DNA of 64,000 bases from Parachlamydiales bacterium (GTDB lineage: Bacteria > Chlamydiota > Chlamydiia > Chlamydiales > SM23-39): the NCBI GenBank assembly GCA_041661445.1, contig JBAZUK010000003.1:129885-193884 (forward strand), read 5' to 3'. Below are positions 19,549 to 31,600 of this stretch, piece by piece (position 1 is the first letter of the stretch; every line of letters starts with the position of its first letter). Made by a program: the position numbers and the translations under genes. The notes below the pieces were generated by a model. The model was not told where the DNA came from. It saw only the letters and a list, made by a program, of their open reading frames with translations, and made no database searches.

Positions 19549-22476
19549 ATGTCGCTTATAGGAAAAAAATACAATAATTTTATTGTTACAAAACAAACAA
19601 AGATTGAAGAGATAAAAGTTGAGCTCATTGAACTTAAGCATATCATTTTAGGCTGCGATGTAATAAAAATAAAAAATGATGATGATGAAAATCTGTTTTC
19701 TTTATCATTTAAGACCTATCCTCATGATTCAACAGGGTCTGCCCATGTTTTAGAACATATAGTCCTTTGCGGGTCTAAAAAATTCCCAGTAAAAGATCCT
19801 TTTTTTTCTATGCTGAAAAGAAGCCTCGCAACTTTTATGAATGCAATGACAGGATCTGATTTTACATGCTATCCTGCTTCTAGTTTGGTAGAAAAGGATT
19901 TTTATAATTTATTAGATGTTTACATCGATGCTGTTTTCCACCCGACATTAAGTGAAATGTCTTTTTTGCAGGAAGGCCACAGGTTTGAATTTTCAAATCC
20001 TACTGATGGCAGCTCGGATTTATTGATCAAAGGCATTGTTTATAATGAAATGAAAGGATCAATGGCAAATCCTGATAATATTTTGCATCAGAAGATTTTC
20101 CAGCATCTAACACCCGATCTTCCTTATTGTTATAATTCCGGAGGAGATCCGAAAAAAATCATCGAACTCACTTACGAAAATCTCAAGAAATTCCATGAAA
20201 AATTTTATCACCCCTCTAGATGTCTGTTTTTCTTATACGGCAACCTGGACCTTGAGAAACAACTCAATTTTATTGAAGAAAAAGCTTTAAAAAACATATC
20301 AAAGCAGCCGCCTATTCCAAATATAGTTAAACAAAAACGTTTTTCTAATCCTAAAACAATTGTAGATACCTACCCAATACCGGAAAATGAAACACCGAAG
20401 GACAAATCCATCATTTCTTTTGGATTTTTAACCTGTTCAATTGAAAATCAGCTCGATATTCATGCCCTGTCGATTTTAGATAATATTTTAATGGGAACCG
20501 ATGGTTCTTATTTAAAACTGGCCTTACTGCAATCCAATCTTTGTCAGGAAGCAGATAGCTACTTTGATACAGATCTCAGCGAAGCTCCTTATATAATAGT
20601 CTGCAAAGGCTGCGATCCTAAAAATCAAGAAGCTATATTTAATATTATTACAGAAACGTTAAACAGATTAGTTAAAGAACAAATTCCTAAAAAAATTATT
20701 GATGCCGCACTGCACCAATTAGAGTTTTCAAGAAAAGAAATCTCTCATGATTTCGGTCCATATGGATTAGTACTATTCTTTAAAGCCGCACTGGCCAAAC
20801 AACATGGAATTGATGCTGAAAGCACCCTGCTGATCCATTCATTATTTAATACACTGAAGAAAAATTTGGATGATCCAACTTTTATTCCAAATCTGATCTC
20901 TAAATATTTTTTAGATAATTCCCATTATATCAAGCTGACCTTGAAAGCCGATAATGAATTATTTGCAAAAGAGATGAAAGAAGAACAAAAACAAATACAG
21001 GATATTCAAAAAAATTTAACTCCATCTGAAATTGAAAAAATTCTTTCCGATACTGAAAAATTAAGTTTTTATCAAAAAGAGCTGGAAAGCTCATCGCTTG
21101 AATGTTTGCCAAAAATCGAAATAAATGATGTCCCTAAAAAAAATAAAAATTTTCTGTTAAATATTGAAAATGAAAAAAACTTTAAATTTTTCCATCATGA
21201 TAATTTTACAAATGAAATATTGTATGCAGATTTATTATTCGATTTTCCAAAACTTGATTTTGAAGATATAATTTTACTTCCGCTGTTCTCTTCACTACTT
21301 ACAGAAGTTGGAGCGGGAAAAAGAAATTACATCCAAAACCTTGAATACATAGAAGAATATACAGGAGGAATCGACTCATATTTATCTATCCATATCGATG
21401 CCAATGATTTCAATAAATTTACTCCATCGATTGCAATAAAATCAAAAGCATTATATAGAAACTCCGATAAAATGTTTGCCTTGATAAAAGATGTTATTAC
21501 AGACCCGATTTTCACTGACTCAAAAAGAATAAAAGAGCTTCTTATGCAGCAATATTCCTATCTTGAAAGCTCTCGTGTAAAAAACTCAATGAAATATGCC
21601 ATTTCGTTGTCTCAAAGCAATTTCACAAAAGCCGCTTTTTTATTATCTGCCTGGCATGGTATTGATTATTATAACCGATTGAAAGAAATTATTAATAATA
21701 TCGATGCAAAAATCTTAAGTTTAATCGATAAATTAAATTCCCTAAAATCAAAAGTTCTTTGCATAAATAATGCCCATTTAGTGCTCTCTTGTTGTGATAA
21801 AATGTATTCAGAAATTCATAAAAATAATTTTTACGGTTTACTAGATATCAACTTTAAGAAATCAAGTCCTTTTGAGATAGATTTTAATATAGATGCAAAA
21901 GCGTCCCATGTAAATATAATACCATCTCCTGTTGCTTTTACTGCGACTTCTTATAAAACAATAGGTTTTATGAATGAAGATTCGGCCTCTCTTTTAATCG
22001 CATCTCAGATTTTTGAAAACGTAACATTGCATAAAAAAATAAGAGAACAAGGCGGAGCTTACGGCTCTTCAGCTAATTATTCCCCTACATCGGGAATTTT
22101 TACATTCTCAAGTTTTCGCGACCCTCATATCAAATCGAGCTTAGATGCTTTCAAAGAATCTGTATCTGAGATTGCAAATGGTAATTTTTCACAAGAGAAT
22201 ATCAATGAGGCAAAACTTGGAATTATTCAGCAGAATGACACGCCTATTTCTCCAGGATCCAAAGCTATTGCCGCCTATACCTGGCTAAGAGCAAATAAAA
22301 CAGATAAAATCAGACAGAAATTTAGAGAAAAAATTTTAAGTACTACGAAAGAAGGGATTATTAAAGCAGTAAAAGCTCATTTACTATCTCAAATTGATGA
22401 CAATGTAACTATCTCATTTTGTGGAAAAGAGCTTCTGGAAAAAGAAAAGATCAATTTAAAAAATTTCTCTAAATAA
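19549..22476 (+). CDS. M16C family zinc metallopeptidase (presequence-protease/PreP-like insulinase)
   Basis: 975 aa with the inverted zinc motif HVLEHIVLCGS (HxxEH) near the N-terminus, followed by ...YNEMKG. Length and layout are typical of M16C PreP-like enzymes. Confidence 0.85.
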   Translation: MSLIGKKYNNFIVTKQTKIEEIKVELIELKHIILGCDVIKIKNDDDENLFSLSFKTYPHDSTGSAHVLEHIVLCGSKKFPVKDPFFSMLKRSLATFMNAMTGSDFTCYPASSLVEKDFYNLLDVYIDAVFHPTLSEMSFLQEGHRFEFSNPTDGSSDLLIKGIVYNEMKGSMANPDNILHQKIFQHLTPDLPYCYNSGGDPKKIIELTYENLKKFHEKFYHPSRCLFFLYGNLDLEKQLNFIEEKALKNISKQPPIPNIVKQKRFSNPKTIVDTYPIPENETPKDKSIISFGFLTCSIENQLDIHALSILDNILMGTDGSYLKLALLQSNLCQEADSYFDTDLSEAPYIIVCKGCDPKNQEAIFNIITETLNRLVKEQIPKKIIDAALHQLEFSRKEISHDFGPYGLVLFFKAALAKQHGIDAESTLLIHSLFNTLKKNLDDPTFIPNLISKYFLDNSHYIKLTLKADNELFAKEMKEEQKQIQDIQKNLTPSEIEKILSDTEKLSFYQKELESSSLECLPKIEINDVPKKNKNFLLNIENEKNFKFFHHDNFTNEILYADLLFDFPKLDFEDIILLPLFSSLLTEVGAGKRNYIQNLEYIEEYTGGIDSYLSIHIDANDFNKFTPSIAIKSKALYRNSDKMFALIKDVITDPIFTDSKRIKELLMQQYSYLESSRVKNSMKYAISLSQSNFTKAAFLLSAWHGIDYYNRLKEIINNIDAKILSLIDKLNSLKSKVLCINNAHLVLSCCDKMYSEIHKNNFYGLLDINFKKSSPFEIDFNIDAKASHVNIIPSPVAFTATSYKTIGFMNEDSASLLIASQIFENVTLHKKIREQGGAYGSSANYSPTSGIFTFSSFRDPHIKSSLDAFKESVSEIANGNFSQENINEAKLGIIQQNDTPISPGSKAIAAYTWLRANKTDKIRQKFREKILSTTKEGIIKAVKAHLLSQIDDNVTISFCGKELLEKEKINLKNFSK

Positions 22477-22578
22477 TTAATTATTTTTGAGGTTTTATTT
22501 GTTTTAATTAAATAAAAAGAATTAATTAGGCAATGGTTTTTAGTTAAAAAAAATATATTATTCTTAATTAAAACTTGC

Positions 22579-22607
22579 TTGAGAATTTCTTTTAAAATTT
22601 ATATAAT
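22579..22607 (+). promoter_or_regulatory. candidate sigma-70-type promoter of htrA (TTGAGA-17 nt-TATAAT)
   Basis: TTGAGA at 22579-22584, a 17-nt spacer and TATAAT at 22602-22607. AAGGAG RBS at 22631-22636, 6 nt before the ATG at 22643. Confidence 0.45.
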
Positions 22608-22642
22608 CCAGTTTAAATAAATGTTTATTTAAGGAGATCATC

Positions 22643-24064
22643 ATGAAACGAATCTTTATTTTATTTTTTGCAGCATTTCCATTATTCTTTTCTCAGATCA
22701 TCGCTCAAGATCTAGATAAATCTTATCTTAAGCAGACGTCTAAAGCTTTTACCGAAGTTGGAAAAAAAGCTATTCCTGCAGTTGTTTTTATTAAAGTTAC
22801 ATACAATGGCGTATGTGAAGCTACAAACCCTAATGATTATTCTGATCCTTTTGAATATTTTCATGACGAATTTTTCAAAAGATTTTTCGGTTCTCCAAAT
22901 GGAAAAGGGATTCAGGGACAGCCTCAATGCGCAGCAGGTTCCGGATGCATAGTATCAAAAGACGGCTATATTCTTACAAATAACCATATCGTAAAGGACG
23001 CAGATACAATAACAGTAACATTAAACGATGGTAAGGATTACATTGCAAAGGTAATCGGGACCGATCCGAAAACCGATTTAGCAGTAATAAAAATTGATGC
23101 GGATAATTTACCATTTTTAACTTTTGCAGATTCTGACAAATTAGATATCGGGGAATGGGTAATTGCCATAGGCTCTCCATTTCAATTGAAAGCTACACTA
23201 ACTGTCGGAGTAGTATCGGCTAAAGGCAGACAGGACTTAAGAATAACCGATCTGGAAGACTTCATCCAGACAGATGCAGCTATTAATCCGGGAAATTCCG
23301 GCGGGCCATTATTAGATTTAGACGGCAATATAGTTGGAATAAATACTGCAATCGTATCTCAAACCGGAGGATATCTTGGAATTAGTTTCTCAATTCCTTC
23401 AAATATGGCAAAACATGTGATGGATCAAATTATAGAAAAAGGATCTGTTGTCAGAGGTCATTTAGGAATTTATCTGCAAACTATTGATCAGGAAATGGCC
23501 GAAGCTTTAGATCTGAACTCTACTGATGCAGTTTTAGTGGCTGATGTTACCAAAGACTCTCCTGCTGATAAAGCCGGCATAAAACAAGGTGATGTAATTT
23601 TATCTTATAACAACATTCCAATAAAAAATATGATCTCGTTCAGAAAGGAGATAGCCTTGATGAACCCTGGTGATAAAGTAAAGCTTCTGGTTTTGAGAAA
23701 TGGAAATAAACAAAACATCGAAGTTAAATTAGGTCTTGCTCCTGAACCCCAAATGGCAATTAATAAATCAGTAGAACTTGGTCTGGAAGTATCCGAAGTA
23801 AAAGATCTATCTCCGGACATCATAAAAAAATGGCAATTTTCTTCTGATCTTGAAGGCGTTGTCATTACTTCAGTAAAATTCAATTCTATTGCAGAAAAAG
23901 CCGGATTAAAACCAGGCATGATCTTAATGCAGATCAATAACAAAAAAATAAGAAATTCAACTGACTTTAATGAAGCTATGAAAGAGATCGACAAGAAAAA
24001 ACACATAGTTTTGTTAGTCAAATATCAGAATATAACCAGATTTGTAACCATAAAATTAAAATAA
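22643..24064 (+). CDS. htrA: periplasmic serine endoprotease HtrA/DegP with two PDZ domains
   Basis: Signal peptide, catalytic triad context (TNNHIV ... DLAVIKI ... GNSGGPL), and two PDZ-like segments (GIYLQTIDQEMAEAL...; GLEVSEVKDLS...). Confidence 0.92.
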   Translation: MKRIFILFFAAFPLFFSQIIAQDLDKSYLKQTSKAFTEVGKKAIPAVVFIKVTYNGVCEATNPNDYSDPFEYFHDEFFKRFFGSPNGKGIQGQPQCAAGSGCIVSKDGYILTNNHIVKDADTITVTLNDGKDYIAKVIGTDPKTDLAVIKIDADNLPFLTFADSDKLDIGEWVIAIGSPFQLKATLTVGVVSAKGRQDLRITDLEDFIQTDAAINPGNSGGPLLDLDGNIVGINTAIVSQTGGYLGISFSIPSNMAKHVMDQIIEKGSVVRGHLGIYLQTIDQEMAEALDLNSTDAVLVADVTKDSPADKAGIKQGDVILSYNNIPIKNMISFRKEIALMNPGDKVKLLVLRNGNKQNIEVKLGLAPEPQMAINKSVELGLEVSEVKDLSPDIIKKWQFSSDLEGVVITSVKFNSIAEKAGLKPGMILMQINNKKIRNSTDFNEAMKEIDKKKHIVLLVKYQNITRFVTIKLK

Positions 24065-24073
24065 ATTCAAAAA

Positions 24074-24107
24074 AGACTGGAGGTTTCATAAGACCTCCAG
24101 TCTTTTT
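24074..24107 (+). terminator. intrinsic terminator of htrA
   Basis: Perfect 11-bp GC-containing stem AGACTGGAGGT (24074-24084) / ACCTCCAGTCT (24093-24103) with an 8-nt loop, followed by TTTTT. Confidence 0.8.
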
Positions 24108-24204
24108 GTTTCATTATCTATAATATCTATCTTGATACATTCTTTTAATTTGCTCTTTTACTTTTCATGAAATAAAATTTTTAAAATTTATTAAGAGAAA
24201 TATT

Positions 24205-25596
24205 ATGAAAAAAATATTAATTGTATTTTTTTATGCTCTTTCAAACTTTGGTTTTTCTATAAACTTTCTTGATGTTTCTTCTACAGAAACAGAGCTCGGC
24301 AATGCAGAAATTGTAATGAATAATTCAGGAAAATCATTTGTTGTTTGGGTAAATAATCAAAGATCTAATAAAACTCATAAGATCCAATATGCAGCATCAT
24401 CAGATTTCGGCAAAACATGGACAGAGCCTAAATTACTTAAAAGCGTTCATGATGCTTGTAATGTTGAGCCGCCTAAAGTTATCATCAATAATTCCGGCGA
24501 CATAATGTGCCTCTGGAATGAGCCGATATGTTGTAAAATAAATTACATTAAATCAGCTATATCATGTGATTTTGGCAAAACGTGGAATTTTCATGAAATT
24601 TCAGATAATGAATATTTATATCATGCGGCATTAACAAACATCGACAATACAGTATTATTAGTATTGGTAAAAAAAATTAATGATCCTGATGATGAATATA
24701 ATTATTTAATTGAAATTCGAAGATCTCTTGATTTCGGTTCGTCTTGGCTTTCATCAAAATATTTCAAAACAAGACATAATCCTAGACCGGAAATTAAGTT
24801 AAGAAAATCAGGAAAGACATTACTTACCTGGAATGATGAATATTATAACGCTGAATACTATAAATATGAGACAGGCGATTATGACCAACATGTTATTGGA
24901 TACAGCTCTTCGGACAACTTCGGTGAAGATTGGACAGATCCCAATGAAATCCTGACAGATTCAGAGCCTACCGAGATCCAAAATATTTTAAATGATGAAG
25001 GTAATAAAATAATTATGTGGAAAGAACAGCAAAAAGATTTCAATAACTGGTGGTCATCATCATTATTTTATTCTATTCTATCAGATAATGAAAAATCATT
25101 TGGGACAATGATTTTAGACAAAGCTTCCCCCGGTTTGGAATATTATAATCTTGTTTCTTCCTTTGAATCTTCGCCCTCTCTTTTTGCCGTTTGGGAATCC
25201 GATACTGGAGGAGGGTCAGATAATTTTGGTTTAATTAAAGTATCAGTCAGCAGAAATTTTGGAAAAACATGGACTAGTCCTAAAATTATCTCCAATAAAT
25301 TTACAGATTGCCGTAAACCTATATTATTTTCCGACTCCCAAGGTCACGTTTTAATATCATGGAATACCTATGATAATAAAGACAAATCTTATATTATACA
25401 GTGCATATACTCTTCAAATTCAGGCAATAACTGGTCAAAAATCATTAATTTATCAAAAAAGGACCAGCTTTTCAAAGATCAGAAAATAGCTCTCAATGAG
25501 AAGGGAAAGATAATCGTTTTATATAAACAGCTAGAAAATAACAGATATGGTTATCAGATAATTATATCAGATGATTTTGGGAAAAGCTGGAAATAA
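24205..25596 (+). CDS. secreted BNR/Asp-box repeat protein (sialidase-like beta-propeller fold; catalytic function unproven)
   Basis: Signal-like N-terminus and seven Asp-box-like motifs: SSDFGKTW, SCDFGKTW, SLDFGSSW, SSDNFGEDW, SRNFGKTW, SSNSGNNW, SDDFGKSW (the last at the extreme C-terminus). No FRIP/RIP sialidase motif seen. Confidence 0.75.
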   Translation: MKKILIVFFYALSNFGFSINFLDVSSTETELGNAEIVMNNSGKSFVVWVNNQRSNKTHKIQYAASSDFGKTWTEPKLLKSVHDACNVEPPKVIINNSGDIMCLWNEPICCKINYIKSAISCDFGKTWNFHEISDNEYLYHAALTNIDNTVLLVLVKKINDPDDEYNYLIEIRRSLDFGSSWLSSKYFKTRHNPRPEIKLRKSGKTLLTWNDEYYNAEYYKYETGDYDQHVIGYSSSDNFGEDWTDPNEILTDSEPTEIQNILNDEGNKIIMWKEQQKDFNNWWSSSLFYSILSDNEKSFGTMILDKASPGLEYYNLVSSFESSPSLFAVWESDTGGGSDNFGLIKVSVSRNFGKTWTSPKIISNKFTDCRKPILFSDSQGHVLISWNTYDNKDKSYIIQCIYSSNSGNNWSKIINLSKKDQLFKDQKIALNEKGKIIVLYKQLENNRYGYQIIISDDFGKSWK

Positions 25597-25676
25597 CATA
25601 TAAGAAAAACATAATAAAATGTTTTGGCTCTTAAAAAAAACCTAGAAATTTTTTCAGAATATTTTACTTAATTTTT

Positions 25677-28600
25677 TTAATGAGCTGCTTCTTGCAGATC
25701 CTCATCTTTTAAACGGCATTTCAGCAGGTAATTTCCCTTAAGCGGATCTAATTGATAACGGCAGCTTTGCAGATATGATTCATCAAAAAAGTAAGATAAA
25801 AAGAAATAATAACTTGCCAAATTGAAATACGAAGAATCAAATCCAGGGATGGCAAATGGCAAAGACGAAATTACTATTATCGGAGGAACAACATTACAAT
25901 CTTTTATAACAACTCCATTAAAAATAATCTTGCATGGAGGATTGGAAGGAATTTCATGAATAGTATTATCTATTGTACTTCCATTAAAATCAGCCAAACT
26001 AGGCTGCCCTCTTGCTCCTGCGAAAACCTGACCTGAACTGTTAACTAAAATCGGTGATGATAAGGTTCCCACATTGCCGCCTAAAGCATTAAAACTTGAT
26101 GTATTAAGAGACGTGATCGCAACCGGTGCTGCGGTGTTAGTGATATCAGTCAATGAAACAAAACTTGGATTGTTTGCATTTATAGTACCTGAAAAGGTAA
26201 TTTTTCCTGAATTAACCAATAAATTATTAATATTTCCAAGGCTCGAAATAGTATTTAAGAATGCTGTTCCAGTTCCCGTATCTATTGAGATACTTTCAAA
26301 ATCGGTTCCTAGAATGCTCACAAATGAAAAACTTCCATTATTTGTAGTAATCTGAAGGTCGTTGGAGTTTCCTAAAACGATAGTCCCGCTTGTAAATGTA
26401 ATAGGTCCGCCAAATGATGTGAAACTGGTTAAGTTCCCTGTGTTTAAATCTATAACATTTCCAGCCGAATATATTTGTGTATTTGCCTTATATGTATTTC
26501 CCAGTAAATTAATATCGTTAGCAGAAGTGATAGTGAAATTCTCAAGAGCGGTGGTTTCACCGACATTCTGATTCAAATAGACATCGCCAGTTCCTGCTGC
26601 AATAGTCAGATCATGTGCTCCATCAACTTTAAATAGGTTGATATCAGCTCCAGGAACTCCGCTGCTGATTGACAAATTTCCGGTAAGTGTTAATGGGCTT
26701 ACGAAATCAATTGTTTGGTTATTTGTATTTAGAGTTCCGCTGCCCGAAACAAGACCTGCTCCATTTTGAAGGAAAGGACCATCTAAAGAAAAATTACCTG
26801 CAAAAGAAAATAAGCTGTCATTAGTTATAGTAAGAGGACCGCCTGCCGATGTAGTTACGTTACCATTGATGCTAAAAGCGACGCCCATCATTGAGATTCC
26901 CGATGCTCCGCTGGTAGTTAAATTACCACTGATAGTTGCTTGAGTAGCAATTCCTGATAGATCGATAGAGGTTGCGCTGATCGATGAAGATGTAAAATTA
27001 TTTGCCGAGCTGACCAAAAAGTTATCTATCGGTCCGACATTTTGGGCAAATGAAATATTTCCAAGACCTGAGTTCAAAGATAGATTTTGAAATCCGCTCA
27101 CGGTTCTTAAAAAACTGATATTTCCAAGACCGATTCCAGTATCTAGCGAAATATTATTTCCAAGGGTTACAGGTCCTGTGAAAAGAATAGGATTTGACAA
27201 GGTTGTTATATTGGCAGAAAGGTTGACATTGCCAAGTCCTAACTGCGAAAAAGATCCGGAAAGGTTAAAAGATGCCCCTGCGCTGATTGTTAAAAGATCA
27301 GAGTTTGTGATATTTACCGGTCCTCCTGCCAAAGTAGTAACAGGATTATTAAGAGTGAATTGAAAGCCGCTTAGATTAATTCCGCTACTGCCTGTACTTT
27401 CAATGGATCCATTGAAAGTAGTTAAACCGGTTCCTGCCAATTGAGTAATAAATCCTGCTGTGATCGCCTGGGTTGTAACATTATTTGCAGTTTCAATAGT
27501 TAATGAATTTATGGGAACCATGCTGCCGATATCTGCCGAAATGATAATATTTCCCGTTCCAGCGATCAGAACCAAATCCTCATTTCCATCAACAGTACTC
27601 GAAATTAAAATATCTCCGCCCGCATTACTATTAATAGTAGCCGCATTCGTTAAAGAGATTGCATTGGTAAATGTAACCATAGAATCTACAGCATGCAAAA
27701 TTCCTTCAAGAGATACAATTCCTGTGCCGCTTTCTGTAAAAGCACCTGAAATCAAGGTTGAAGCTCCGAATTTGAAAGAAGAATCAGCTACATGATTTAT
27801 AACTACAGATCCCCCTGCGGTTGTAATTACTGATCCGTCCAGGGCAAATGCATTGCTATTCAAGTTGATACCGGCTGCTGCGTTTGTATTAAGATCTCCA
27901 CTTAAGGTTGTTGTCCCGCTTCCGGCTGTTTGCATAATCGTAGAAGCACTGATCGAAGATGTATTAATATTATTTGCAGCCGTAAAGATTAGGTTTCCGA
28001 GCCGTGTAACTGAGCCGGCTGCTCCATTTACAGTTATATCTGCAGCGCCCGAATTAAAACTTAGATTTCCCGGTCCATTTAAAGTTGATGAAAGAGTAAT
28101 TGGCTGAGAGGAGGCGGTCAAAAAAGGACTGCCCGTAACTGCAACGCCGCTAGAAAAAGAAATCGCTCCATCACTTGTAACAGAACCGCTAAGCGATGAT
28201 GATCCTGCCCCATTTTGTGTGAAAGCTCCGGATACTACGCAAGTTGCAGTAACACTGAGTAGCCCTGCATTTGTAAGAATCACAGGTCCGCTGTTTGTTG
28301 TTGTAACATTATTATTTAGATTGATAGCACTGGTTATTATCTGAATACCCCCAATAGTATTTGTGTCGGTTGTGTTATTTAGGGAAGTAGTCCCGGTTCC
28401 TGAAGATTGAATAAAAGAAGTAGTTGACAATCCATTAAATGTCGCATCTTTTGCACTTGCTATATTAATAGTTCCTAAACGTGTAGTTGATCCTATAGAT
28501 GTGCTAAAAGTGATGTCGCCAAGACCACTTGTTAAGCTAAGAGTTTCAACACCTGCTGTCGTTGCATTAAGGCTGTTATTAAAAGTCATGGAGCCGATTC

Positions 28601-31600
28601 CCGAACCTGAATTGAAGGACATGTCTCCAGGAAGAGCAGGTGTTATCGATGGTGTTAGGGTAACCGGTCCATTAAAGTTAATTGAAGCATTAGATGTAGT
28701 AAGTGATCCTCTTATTTCAACCGGTCCAGCCCCGCTTTGATTAAATGCGCCTGATGAAGAGATACTCCCTGCCGCAATGCTTGTAAAAGTGCCGGAATTA
28801 TTTACTGTTATAGGGCCTGAATTTGTAGTTGTCCAGTTTGCTCCTCTAACAAAATTTGTTCCATTCAAATCAATTCCAGTTATGCTGCTTGTAGTTAAAG
28901 AGCCTGCAAAAGTAGTTGTTCCGCTGCCTGCTGATTGAGTAAATGATGAAGCTGTTATAGTCTTAGCAGCAGAGATATCATGAGCGCTTGGAATGAGGAT
29001 GCTGCCTATCGGAGTTGAATTTCCAATATCCTCACTAAATAAAATATCACCGCCTGAGCCTGAACTTATAGATAAACTGCCGGGGCCTTGGATAGTATTT
29101 GAAAAAGTAACATTTTGATTATTTGCGCTTGAATTAAAAACAGAAGCTGCAAGAAGTGTTACAGGGCTTGAAAATGAAATATAACCATTAAGGGTAGTAA
29201 TAGACCCTGCAAAATTAACCGGCCCCGCTCCATCTTGAAGATAATGACCAGCGATATTACGCGAGCTGATCGCAAAACCTGTGATTAATCCAGAATTGGT
29301 AACATGTACAGATCCTCCAGTTGTTGTAACAAGAGAGCCGTTCAAGATAAAATTATTTCCGACCAGAGTAACTCCAGCGGCACCATCAGTATTAAGCGCG
29401 CCATTAACTGTTGCTGTACCTGTTGATGAAACCAAATTAACAAATCCTGCAGATGCTGACTGAGCTGTAACATTATGAGAACTAATTATAGTAATACTTC
29501 CAATTCTGGTAGTTGATCCGATATCGGATTGAAGTAAAATATTTCCATTATTGCCTGCAGCAAAGGTTATATCTGCAGCTCCATTGATGGTATTTAAAAA
29601 GGTAATCGACTGATTTGCTACTGATGTATCGAGTAACGGACTTCCGCTGATAGTTGTCGCTCCAGTAAATAAAATTGGCTGACCTGCTGTTATTGATCCT
29701 GACAAAGAAACAGTTCCGCTGCCCATTTGAGTAAAAGCTCCGGATAAAGATGCTGTTCCTGCAAAACCAAGGTTTCCAGAGTTAGTTACACTTAGAAAAC
29801 CATTATTGGTAGTATTGACAGTACTATTAAAATTAAAATTATTTCCTGTTAAGGTAATACCAAGACCAGTCGAAACATTAAGCTGGGCATTGAAAAATGT
29901 AGTACCTGAACCTGCGAACTGAAGTAGTGATGCTAGATTTGTTTGAGCAGAAAAAGTTACATCGTCAGCTGAATTTATTGTTAAGTTTAATAGAGGATTG
30001 ACACCCCCTATAACTCCACTAAAAATAATATCTCCAATCCCGGAATCTACTGTCAGCATATTTGAATTTGCTGAAGTATCATCTAAGATCCCATTAAAAG
30101 TGATATTAGCCCCAGTGCTGCCTAAAGTAGAAAAAACACTGGTTGCTTCAATGATAACCGGACCTGGAAAAGAAAGCGCATTATCATTAGAAACAATATT
30201 TCCAAAAGCATGCAGATCTCCTGAATAAGTGAAATTTAATGCGTTCGAATATTCATTTCCTAAAGTTAAATCTGTTCCAGTAAAGGACGTAGATAAAAAT
30301 TCTTCATTTCCTGATGTTCCCAAATCGCCTACTACAATATTTCCACTACCTGCATCGAAAATCAGTGTTCTCAAACTTGAAGCCGCTGCATGAACATTTC
30401 CCAGGTTGATATTTCCATTACTAGAATTTATAGTAAGATCTGTAATAGCTGATAATTCAATGCCTAAACCGCCTGCAAAGTTTATATCATTTCCATTTGT
30501 GAAAAATGTAGTCAAGGCTCCTGAATTCATATTAAATGAAAAAGAAGGATCAATATTATAGGTCTGAGTGCCGCCAATATTATAATTGCTTCCTGTAAAA
30601 TTTATATTTCCGCTTGCTGTCAGTGTAATAACTCCAGTAATCCCCTGATCTGTTGAAGTTCCAACATTATTAATTGAAATCTCACGACCATCTGCAATAA
30701 TAGAGCTCAAGGATGTAGTGGATTCAATAGGATATCCAATAGGATTTAAGAAAGTAATATTCCCAGCATTTGCATCAAGAGTGAGAGTCTCAGTTCCTGC
30801 AGCTCCATTTACTGTGTTGCTAAATACAATGTTTCCTGATCCTACCGTAGTATGTAAATCTGCGTCGGCACCTACAATGACAGGTCCCGTAAACGATATA
30901 CCCTGATTTGCCGTTAGAGGTCCGCCGATCACAATCTTTCCTGTTCCGTTCTGAATGAATGAACCGTCAATTGTTATAGGAGTTGCTCCTGCTCCCGAGA
31001 CTAATCCTGAATTAGTGACTGTAAATGATCCGCCATTAGTAGTTTTTATTAAAGTCGCTCCCGCACCTACGGTAAAATTATTCCCGGTTAGTGTGATCCC
31101 TGCCGGTGTATTAGTATCAATACTTCCATTAAGAATAGATGTTCCTGTTCCATTTGTCTGGGTTATTGATCCTGCAGTAACTGCCTGAACTGTTGCATCA
31201 TGAGCGCTTGTTATCGTAAATGCTCCAAGACGCGTTGTTCCTCCAAAAGCCCCTAAAATGCTGATATTTCCGCTTCCGGCTATTAATGTAATCGGCTGAT
31301 TTCCGTCTACTGTACTTGCAGCTGAAAATGAAATCGTTCCACCTCCAATACTTGAATCGATTACGGATGGCGCTGTAAGAGTAATTGGGTTTGTTCCTGA
31401 AAAATTAATAGCTGCGCTTAGAGCTGAAGCATTTGTAGTTGTAATTGCGCATCCAAGTAAAACGCTTCCTGAACCGGCCTGGGTAAAAATTCCATTAGAA
31501 GTTATTGACTTGCCCGCTGTAGTTGTCAGCACTCCGCTATTAGTGATGGAGACAGGTCCGCCTCCGGTAGTTGTCATATTCTGCTGAATAGTAAAGTTCG

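Noticed and set aside
3654-24021. Assorted short ORFs overlapping well-supported genes, mostly antisense but a few in other frames of the same strand. Examples: 2874..3125, 3654..3848, 3867..4049, 5386..5852, 8756..8986, 9971..10454, 13445..13672, 15862..18297 set, 20930..21515, 22712..24021 set. Similar ORFs occur later: 47462..47656, 48241..48874, 49321..49551, 50610..50912, 51614..51877, 52507..52725, 55191..55415, 56961..58622 set, 59831..60691, 61458..61709.
   Set aside because: Each lies wholly within a longer ORF that carries diagnostic family motifs. In AT-rich DNA with repeated codon bias, such shadow ORFs are expected.
25597-26600. Contact-dependent inhibition (CdiB-CdiA-CdiI) interpretation of the TPS locus.
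   Set aside because: I found no VENN-type pre-toxin boundary motif and no recognisable toxin domain at the C-terminus. No small immunity ORF follows the stop. The 80-nt gap leads straight into a convergent BNR gene. The C-terminus resembles two internal segments of the same protein rather than a variable toxin tip. An adhesin role is more parsimonious, although a novel toxin cannot be excluded from sequence reading alone.
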